A stretch of DNA of 64,000 bases from Oscillospiraceae bacterium (GTDB taxonomy: Bacteria; Bacillota; Clostridia; Oscillospirales; Butyricicoccaceae): the NCBI GenBank assembly GCA_031552995.1, contig JAVBMB010000009.1, positions 1,345 to 65,344 of the forward strand, written 5' to 3'. Positions 56,873 through 64,000 of this stretch are shown piece after piece. A program made the position numbers and the translations under genes. Numbering within the stretch: the stretch's first letter is position 1; each line of letters begins with the position of its first letter. The notes under the pieces are model-generated. The model worked only from the letters and a program-made list of their open reading frames with translations, searched no databases and was not told where the DNA came from.

Positions 56873-59188
56873 CTACTCCTCCCACATGGGCCTGTTCTGA
56901 GGAACCTCGCCCTTCAGATACGTTTTTCCGATGCCGTGTTCGCCCGCAAGCGTGGTTTCCTCTGCAGCATAAAGCACGTCAACCGCGCCGGTTATGTTAA
57001 TCCTGCAGCCGGCCAGCCGATTCTCAATGAACGCGAAGCTGCCGTCTAACACCACATCAGTGCCCCGGCAGTCGGCAGGAATAAGGATATTCTCAAATCC
57101 AGCGCCGCTGTCTGAATGATGCTCTTCTGTAAGCCGAACGGAGCTACGCAAAACTGTATTTTTCACCTCGGCCTGTCCGGTGGTCGTGATTTTAGCCAAT
57201 TCGCCCGCCTGGACGATAAGTCGTGGGACTTCTGAATCCCTCAGCGTGACGCGCAGTCCGGGGCAATTCACATACAGCGTTCCATCAAGCACGACATCGC
57301 GAATGAGAGTCTTTGTAAAATAATCGCCTATTCCCGGCGCAAGGTATATATTGCCGGAAATCGTCATATTGCGCAGCGAAACGCTGTTTGTATTGATAAG
57401 CACGTTTCCTTTTATGGTATGCCTTTTATCGACATCGCCGAAATACACCGCCTCATCAATATATAACGCTATCAGTCTGTCCAAAATAGCCGCGACTCCC
57501 GCACGGGTGATCGGTTTCTGTGCTTCAAAGACGTAGCCTTCATCAACGGGCAGATATCCGTCGCTGCTCATGGTGCTCACAGCTTCATTCGCCCAATAGG
57601 ATACGTTTTCAAACTGCACGGCGTTGTTTGAAATATTTTTCAGAGAAAAAGCACGCGCCAGCATGACGCAGGCTTCTTCATGGGTAATGTGATCGAGCGG
57701 ACGCAGGCTGCCTTTGCCGTCGCCCTCAAGGACACCGGCGGCGTAAACCCTTGTGATGTCGTCATAATACCATGCGGTTTTAACCACGTCTTTAAAGTCG
57801 GCGGCTCCACTTGGTTTATAGCCCATGACGCGGTTGAGCACCGCCGAGAACTCAGCCCGGGTAACCGGATCATCGGGACGGAATGCCACCTGATCTCCGC
57901 GCAACACGCCATATCCCGCCCACCGTAGGATGGCTTTTTCGGCCCAGTGCCCGCTCGTATCCCGGAACTGGTTGACCGGAATCCATTCGGGCAGATATGT
58001 CGGGTCGGTCGGCAAGCCGCCCGCGCTGCTTTGGAGGGGCGCCAGCATAACATCCTTTGCCGCCGTCGCGCGGTTTTTGCTGTCTGCCAGGTTTAAAAGC
58101 GGCCTCAGCAGCAGACTGCCGTCAAGTTTAACGCACAGTAAGACCGAGTCGTGGCTTGCAGCAGCGTAAAGCACATCCTTTTCCACCTGAAGGGCTTTAG
58201 AAGTGCTGTCTTTTAGTTCAACCTGACATAGCGTGTTATGGGTGTTGATGTAAAGAATGGATTGCCCGCAAACGGCAACGAAATATGCGCAGTCGCCGGC
58301 CACCATCACAGCCCCAGAGTTGAAATGGTCAAAAGGCCATGCCCAAAGCGCATTCTGTTTGTCCCGTGCCAGATAATATGAACCGCTACGGCCGGTATCG
58401 GCCACGTTATCAAGCAGCCTGACCGGCGTCAGCGTTTTCCCGGCGTTATAATCCACCTCAAAGCCCCATAATGTTCCGTCAAGCCCGATAGCCATGCCGT
58501 TTGAGGCCGAGGCGACGCCATCCATGACTTTTACCGGCGATGTTACCCAGCGGTCTTGATAATCATCCCAAGCAGACGTCCATGTCCAAAGGCTGTCGTC
58601 GTTTTTGATGGCGAGCCCATATGGTCCTCCCGCCGAGGCACGCTTTACATCCGCCATAATCTGCACCGGCAGATACTGCGGGTTTTGTGTAGGGTCTTTT
58701 TGGTTCACGTCATGCATAAAGCCCCAAAACCAAAGGGTTCCGTCCTTCCGAACGGCCAGCGTATAGTTCCCACCCAGATCAAAGGAAGACACTGCGTCCA
58801 GGATCTTTGCCGGAACTGCCGAAATGAAATCGGTGCCCTGGTTGCCGTTTGCATTATTGCCCCAAGCCCATAGCGTATCGGCATGGTCGAGCGCAAGTGT
58901 CGACCAGTCGCTGTTTTGCACCGCCTGTACATTTTCCATCACCTTTTGAGGCGCGTTTTGTGCCAGAATCGGGGTAACGTCGTGCCCCGCGCTATCCCAG
59001 CCGGCAGACCAAAGGCTGCCGTCGCCTTGTATAAAGTACGTGTTCGACCTCGGGCTGACGCATATGTTGCCTCGAACAAAATTGCGCTTTGCGGCAATAT
59101 CATCCGCAGCCAAAGCTTCGATACCCGCAGCGCCGTACCAGACGCTGAGTAATAAACAAATACAAAGTACGCATGCTGCCTTTTTCAT
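56873..59188 (-). CDS. mirror copy of the RCC1-repeat/SLH wall protein (13129-15444)
   Basis: The translation is identical, and the coordinates sum to 72317. Confidence 0.85.
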   Translation of the reverse strand: MKKAACVLCICLLLSVWYGAAGIEALAADDIAAKRNFVRGNICVSPRSNTYFIQGDGSLWSAGWDSAGHDVTPILAQNAPQKVMENVQAVQNSDWSTLALDHADTLWAWGNNANGNQGTDFISAVPAKILDAVSSFDLGGNYTLAVRKDGTLWFWGFMHDVNQKDPTQNPQYLPVQIMADVKRASAGGPYGLAIKNDDSLWTWTSAWDDYQDRWVTSPVKVMDGVASASNGMAIGLDGTLWGFEVDYNAGKTLTPVRLLDNVADTGRSGSYYLARDKQNALWAWPFDHFNSGAVMVAGDCAYFVAVCGQSILYINTHNTLCQVELKDSTSKALQVEKDVLYAAASHDSVLLCVKLDGSLLLRPLLNLADSKNRATAAKDVMLAPLQSSAGGLPTDPTYLPEWIPVNQFRDTSGHWAEKAILRWAGYGVLRGDQVAFRPDDPVTRAEFSAVLNRVMGYKPSGAADFKDVVKTAWYYDDITRVYAAGVLEGDGKGSLRPLDHITHEEACVMLARAFSLKNISNNAVQFENVSYWANEAVSTMSSDGYLPVDEGYVFEAQKPITRAGVAAILDRLIALYIDEAVYFGDVDKRHTIKGNVLINTNSVSLRNMTISGNIYLAPGIGDYFTKTLIRDVVLDGTLYVNCPGLRVTLRDSEVPRLIVQAGELAKITTTGQAEVKNTVLRSSVRLTEEHHSDSGAGFENILIPADCRGTDVVLDGSFAFIENRLAGCRINITGAVDVLYAAEETTLAGEHGIGKTYLKGEVPQNRPMWEE

Positions 59189-59317
59189 TTTATCTCCTTT
59201 CGAAACATTCCATGGGACAGTGTGAGCAATTTCCGTAATTATATCACACTTTTTTATCATATGCGGCACAGTTAGCAAAAAAATAGCATCTATGATTTCG
59301 GGAAACAAAATATTTTT

Positions 59318-59983
59318 GTGTGTTCTCCGAGATTTTTCGTGTTTTTCTGCCTAATAGCCAGTATGGCGTTCAATCGCAAGGTTCGCAAAAACGGCGATGA
59401 AAAGCTCTTTTATCGTTGCAGCCGCTACGCCAACAATGGTGCAAAATCCTGTACTACGCACACGATTGATGTTGAAGTGCTTGAAAGCGTTATCCTGCAT
59501 GACATCCAACATCACGCTAAAACAGCGGTATTGGATGGAGCGCGGCTTCTTGACAGGCTTTTCGCGTTTTCCGGCGAGGCTTACAAGAACGAAACCGTCG
59601 CGAGAGAAAAATCCCTGCGCGACGCGAAAGGCCGCATATTGTTTATTGAGGACGCAAGCAAAAGGTTGTTTGAGGAAAAGATTACAGGCAACGTGCCAGA
59701 CGGCCTTTTCAAGAAAATGTTTGCCGATTACGAGCGAGAGATTGCCGAGCTAAACGAAACGGCGATTGAACTGCGGAGGCTTATTCAGGAGAATCGGAAC
59801 AGCCGAGCCGACATACAGCGATGGATGAACCTGATGAAAGAGTGCGTCACCATCGACAGGCTTGATCGGGCAACAGCCTATCAGCTTATCGACCAAATCA
59901 GCGTCCACGAACAAAGTGATGAGTGCGGCATACGGATGGAGACCGTGCAAATCAAGTACAATTTTGTAGGGTGTATAAGTTGA
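59318..59983 (+). pseudogene. mirror copy of the serine recombinase remnant (12334-12999)
   Basis: The translation is identical, and the coordinates sum to 72317. Confidence 0.7.
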
Positions 59984-60344
59984 ACGGAGGCTCACAACTC
60001 CATATAAAGCATTATGAGCCGCGCCTCGCGGCGTGGCTCATAATGACATGTATAGTTTGAATGAAAAAGATGCAGGGGGCAGCCTGCGAAATGAGCGGGG
60101 ATACATGAAAAGATGATAGAATTATGCTAGAGATGTCCACCCTGGTTTATGGATAACTGGTTGTTGCTCAAAAAACGCAGTCATGCTTATACCAGAGCAG
60201 TTTACAAAACCCATATGAGTTTCTGCATTACCCAGATTGCAGGAGCCGCCGTCTAACATCAGTTGGGCATAACTGAAAAGCCGGTTACCGTTAAGGCAGC
60301 CGGCTTTTGCAATATGTCTTTAGCCAGAAGAAGAGAGAAAAGGA

Positions 60345-62609
60345 TCACTTTGTATTAACAGTCAGCACCTGGCCGGGAAAAATAAGGTTTGGATTGTCCC
60401 CGATAACCGCTCTGTTCATGTCGTAGATTTCGCGCCAGCGGGAGCTGTCCCCGTACAGCCGGTAAGCAATGCGGGAGAGATTGTCGCCGCTTGCGACTGT
60501 ATAGGAGGTAGTTCCTGATACCGCATCCCAAGAGGGCAGCGGCACTTCCTCCTCCGCGAAGTATACATAGAGTTCTTCCGGCATCAGCAGGGATAAATCT
60601 ACTCTTTGATTGCCGTTTGCGGAATCTATAGACATTGTTACCGTATACGAGCCGGTCGCGGCCCAGAAGTCTCTGGAAGAATTTCCTTTGAAAGTCTCAC
60701 AAAACACCTGACGTCCGTCATCGCTTTTTATAGAGACAGTTATCGTTGTTTTGCTAAGGCCGGATACAGACAGGGTAACAGTTCCGTCAGCGTCTGATAT
60801 GAAATTGTGTATGAATGATGAGCCCGACTTGCCCTGATCGCTGAATCTGTACGGGGTACGGTCGGAATATCTTTCCTGCGGCGCAAGCACTCTCACTTCA
60901 CGGGTGACCGACGCTTCCAATCCGGCGCTGTTTATGGCCGAATACGTCACATGGTACGTTCCCGCGCGTGAAGTGTCGACATTTCCCTTTTGTGTCACAA
61001 GATGTGAAATATCTCCGTCAATGTCGTCATACGCTTTTGCGCCCTGCTCGGTATACGGGCTGCCGCCGAGATGAAGGATTATCGGATTGGAGCCTATTTG
61101 AGATATGACAGGCGGTTTCGGCACATCAATCGATGGAGCAGGCGAGGGAGATACGGTTACGGTACGTGATGCTGTAGCAGTGTTGCCCGCTTTGTCAGAC
61201 ACTTTGTAGCTCAGCGTATATATCCCCTCATAAGCGGTTGCAACCGAGCCCGAAACAACAACGGCATGCGCTAAGTCGCCGTCGGTGTCGTCGGTTACCG
61301 TCCAACCGGGTTCTACGAATGTGTCGCCCTCGATAAGCTCAATCGCTGTTTCACCCTTTAATGTGAGCACCGGCGGCGTTTTGTCATCGGGTTTTTGTTC
61401 GGTGCCGAGGGATATCGCAGTCTCGATAAAGCGCATAAAGTTAAGATACCCATATCCGGTGTCCGCATCCCAGCCCGCTGCGCCGACATCTACGGCGGCG
61501 GCGGAAATCAAATCCTTCGCGCTGTATATATCCAAACTCGGATAATAATCGAGGGCGAGAGACAGCACGCCCGCCACCTGCGGCGCGGAGAATGAGGTAC
61601 CCGCCGCTGTACCGTAGCCACCCGCCATCGTGGTTGTGCGGTATGAGCCTATAGTGAGAATATCGAGACCGGTGCCGTAGCAGGTTATTGGATCGCGAAC
61701 CCCCGCGCCCGTCTCGGAGCCCACCCCTATAACATTGCTGTAGCGCGCCGGGTATTCTACAACATTCTTGCCTGTGTTGCCCGCCGCCGCAACAAGGATG
61801 CAACCTTTGGTAGCCGCATAATCAATGGAGGCCTTTAGCGTGACTGAATCCACAGTCGTTCCGAGGCTTAGATTGATTATTTTAGCCCCATTGTCCGCGG
61901 CCCACATGATGCCTTTTGCGATGTTGGATACAGAGCCATTGCCTTTGGAATCAAGAACCTTTACCGGCAGTATGTATGCCCCCCAGTTGATACCGGCGGT
62001 GCCCACACCATTGTTTCCCTTTGCGGCCACTGTCCCCGCGACACATGTACCATGACCGTTGTCATCATTTGCGGTTCCCGCTTTGTTGTTTACAAAGTCG
62101 TAGCCGGAGAGAACCCGCCCGACCAAGTCGCCATGCGCCGCATAAACGCCTGTGTCGAGCACCGCGACAACCGTTTCGACACTGTTCGTGACATCCCACA
62201 TGCCCTCAAGGTTCTTGGAAGAAAACCCTCTTTGAGTATATACCTTGTAATCCGGGTCGTTTGGGATCAGTTCGGCTTTGGCAATATAGTTCGGTTCCAC
62301 ATACTCTATGAACTCGCTGTTCTTAAAGCGATTCAGCACGGCAGTTGGATTTTTCGACAAGTCTTCCGCTTTTACAACATAGACATTTTCCTTGACCTTG
62401 TCGAGACCAAACCCATCTTTCAGGACTTTTGCAACCTCGCTGTCATATTGCTTTTCCTTGCCGGGGAAATTAGATTGCGGATAGAACCCAATGATGATTT
62501 CATCAAGATACCCACCTTCCAAATCCTCCGCAGCAATGGCCGGAACAGCCGGAAACAGCATAATCACAATTACTGCGCAAAGAAAAGAAGAAAATATTCG
62601 CTTTAGCAC
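60345..62609 (-). CDS. mirror copy of the S8 protease with Ig-like and LysM domains (9708-11972)
   Basis: The translation is identical, and the coordinates sum to 72317. Confidence 0.9.
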   Translation of the reverse strand: MLKRIFSSFLCAVIVIMLFPAVPAIAAEDLEGGYLDEIIIGFYPQSNFPGKEKQYDSEVAKVLKDGFGLDKVKENVYVVKAEDLSKNPTAVLNRFKNSEFIEYVEPNYIAKAELIPNDPDYKVYTQRGFSSKNLEGMWDVTNSVETVVAVLDTGVYAAHGDLVGRVLSGYDFVNNKAGTANDDNGHGTCVAGTVAAKGNNGVGTAGINWGAYILPVKVLDSKGNGSVSNIAKGIMWAADNGAKIINLSLGTTVDSVTLKASIDYAATKGCILVAAAGNTGKNVVEYPARYSNVIGVGSETGAGVRDPITCYGTGLDILTIGSYRTTTMAGGYGTAAGTSFSAPQVAGVLSLALDYYPSLDIYSAKDLISAAAVDVGAAGWDADTGYGYLNFMRFIETAISLGTEQKPDDKTPPVLTLKGETAIELIEGDTFVEPGWTVTDDTDGDLAHAVVVSGSVATAYEGIYTLSYKVSDKAGNTATASRTVTVSPSPAPSIDVPKPPVISQIGSNPIILHLGGSPYTEQGAKAYDDIDGDISHLVTQKGNVDTSRAGTYHVTYSAINSAGLEASVTREVRVLAPQERYSDRTPYRFSDQGKSGSSFIHNFISDADGTVTLSVSGLSKTTITVSIKSDDGRQVFCETFKGNSSRDFWAATGSYTVTMSIDSANGNQRVDLSLLMPEELYVYFAEEEVPLPSWDAVSGTTSYTVASGDNLSRIAYRLYGDSSRWREIYDMNRAVIGDNPNLIFPGQVLTVNTK

Positions 62610-62700
62610 TTTAACAACCTCCTGAGCCTGTGTATTTCGGAAAATAGCCGGCAGGCTGAGATAGCCTGCCGGCTGCATATTGGAATTTGCCTGTTTTTTA

Positions 62701-64000
62701 TCAGACTACAACGACAGTAATAACAGTTTTGTTTGTTACAGTGACGGGCGCGTCCTCACCGGCGACGACCAGAACTTTGCCGTTGTCAACGCTGTAGGTT
62801 GTCGTCCAACCGGTGGTTGTTTCTGTAACGGTGTATTCACCCGCCTCAAGACCGGCAGCGGTGTAATTTTCACCGTCTTTTAAGGAGAACTCCGCAACAA
62901 TGCTGCCGTCGCTGTCGGTCACGACAAAATCAAATACTACATCGGCATACTCATCAGAGATATCAAAGGTCACGGTCTGCTCGCCAATGCCCGAGTGCAG
63001 ATACAGGTACTGCATATTGCCCGATGCATCCGTCATCGCTTTAACATCGTCTGCCGGAATCGTGACACTCTCTCCAAATGAAGAGCTGACATAATGTCCA
63101 GGTCTGTTAGGGCCTCCGCCGCTATGGGACTGCCCCGCATATGCGTTTCCGAAAACTATCCACGTAATTGCGTTTGCTTCAACGCCCTCGTCATACTTGA
63201 GCTCCACGACAAGCCCGCCGTCACCGGCAGCCGAAATGCTGTAAGTGCCGACCGGGGTCAAATCGGAGCCCGCCACCAGATTAGCTTCAAAGGGAGTGCC
63301 GTTGAGGATAGCGGTGACATCAATATACTTCGGACGCATCCAACTGCCCTGCACAACCGTTTCGGAGGCATCATCGCCGCCGGTCACGGTGTTAACGCTG
63401 TACACCTTATCTTTGTAGGCTTCAACGGCTTTTGTTACCGTGATGGAGCCGAACGCAAGGTCGTTAAAGAAATCCTCCGCCGTGTCAAACTCGCCGTCTT
63501 CCTTGGCAACAATTTCGATATACGCGCCCTGAGCGCCGAACACATAAATCAGTTCCTGTTCGGGTGTCATGGCCTCAAAGACATAATAGGTCTTACCCGT
63601 GATAAGGTCTTTGCTGTTGAATCTGGCAATGCCGTCAGCGCCTGTGGTTGCGGTGGCTATGATGTTACCGACAGGATTGCCGTCGGCGTCTATTTCGGCG
63701 TATGCATTGAATACAAAGCCGGCATCACCGGCTATATATCCCAATTCTACATTTTCAACCATCTTCTGTATCGAAAATATTCCGTTCGGCCATACACCGG
63801 GTTCGTTGGTCATTTTAACAGTGGTGACTTCGTCTTTGATAACAATAACTTCGACGAAACGCTCTTCAATACCGACAGTCGAGCCGTTTACATAGTAGGT
63901 GGCCTTCCACCCGTCTTCGAGCTCCTCGATGGTGTAGGTGCCGGGCTTAAGATTCTCAATCCTGATTGAGCTGTTCATGGGAACTTCAAACTCTTTACCA
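62701..64000 (-). CDS. mirror copy of the 3' part of the Cna-B-like secreted protein gene (8317-9616), cut by the window end
   Basis: The translation matches the C-terminal 425+ aa of the 6374-9616 product. The ORF is still open at base 64000. Confidence 0.75.
   Translation of the reverse strand, partial: GKEFEVPMNSSIRIENLKPGTYTIEELEDGWKATYYVNGSTVGIEERFVEVIVIKDEVTTVKMTNEPGVWPNGIFSIQKMVENVELGYIAGDAGFVFNAYAEIDADGNPVGNIIATATTGADGIARFNSKDLITGKTYYVFEAMTPEQELIYVFGAQGAYIEIVAKEDGEFDTAEDFFNDLAFGSITVTKAVEAYKDKVYSVNTVTGGDDASETVVQGSWMRPKYIDVTAILNGTPFEANLVAGSDLTPVGTYSISAAGDGGLVVELKYDEGVEANAITWIVFGNAYAGQSHSGGGPNRPGHYVSSSFGESVTIPADDVKAMTDASGNMQYLYLHSGIGEQTVTFDISDEYADVVFDFVVTDSDGSIVAEFSLKDGENYTAAGLEAGEYTVTETTTGWTTTYSVDNGKVLVVAGEDAPVTVTNKTVITVVVV

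Larger units (their letters stand above)
8317..64000. repeat. perfect zero-spacer palindrome (inverted duplication). The arms are 8317-36158 and 36159-64000 and the axis lies between 36158 and 36159
   Basis: Every ORF in the track right of 36158 has a partner of identical length and identical translation on the opposite strand, with coordinates summing to 72317 (for example 34752-35972(+) with 36345-37565(-), and 8348-9223(-) with 63094-63969(+)). I checked nucleotides directly at the axis (CACGGACAT|GTCCGTG), at the window end (63961-64000 against 8317-8356), in the tRNA region and in an intergenic block (21001-21060 against 51257-51316). No mismatch was seen. Confidence 0.97.

Noticed and set aside
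1-64000. A search for defence systems, prophage structural genes, a protelomerase, conjugation genes, toxin-antitoxin pairs and rRNA.
   Set aside because: None is recognisable in the translations. The only mobility genes are the serine recombinases at 1-3252 and the remnant at 12334-12999.

Overview
This looks like Bacillota (Clostridia-like) DNA of moderate to high GC. That guess rests on a SigI/RsgI pair, an SLH-domain wall protein and DUF4368-type serine recombinases. The main property of the window is structural. Positions 8317-36158 and 36159-64000 are exact reverse complements of each other (x pairs with 72317-x). This is a zero-spacer perfect palindrome whose arms are at least 27,842 bp and are cut only by the window end. 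The window therefore holds about 36.2 kb of unique sequence, and every gene right of 36158 is the mirror image of a gene on the left. I read this first as a probable fold-back chimera from long-read or MDA assembly. The less likely alternative is a covalently closed hairpin end of a linear replicon that was read around the tip.

Unique content, left to right:
- Three translationally coupled serine-recombinase genes at 1-3252, probably the end of an integrative element.
- An AT-rich, gene-poor stretch.
- A sigI/rsgI-like pair, where the anti-sigma factor ends in about eight copies of a 48-bp in-frame repeat.
- A long structured leader, then a 1081-aa secreted protein with Cna-B-like domains.
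- An S8 subtilisin with Ig-like and LysM domains.
- A truncated serine-recombinase remnant.
- An RCC1-repeat/SLH wall protein.
- A possible frameshifted phosphodiester-glycosidase-like pseudogene.
- A 1312-aa GC-rich protein with Cys-rich repeats and a GLUG beta-helix, and no signal peptide.
- A 1.1-kb gene desert.
- A GNAT-GNAT fusion and a DUF1835/DUF3658-like protein.
- A FAD/Rieske oxidoreductase coupled to a tocopherol-cyclase-like protein.
- An orphan histidine kinase, a Nudix hydrolase and a small secreted protein.
- An XRE-TPR regulator with an FlhA-like C-terminal segment.
- A YbaK-type deacylase and a second XRE regulator.
- tRNA-Thr(UGU) and tRNA-Tyr(GUA).
- An AT-rich P-loop NTPase.
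- An RpiR regulator divergent from a hypothetical gene plus an M20 amidohydrolase.

I found no rRNA, no CRISPR array and no recognisable defence or phage structural module. Right-arm features are listed for completeness, but they are the same sequence as the left-arm features.
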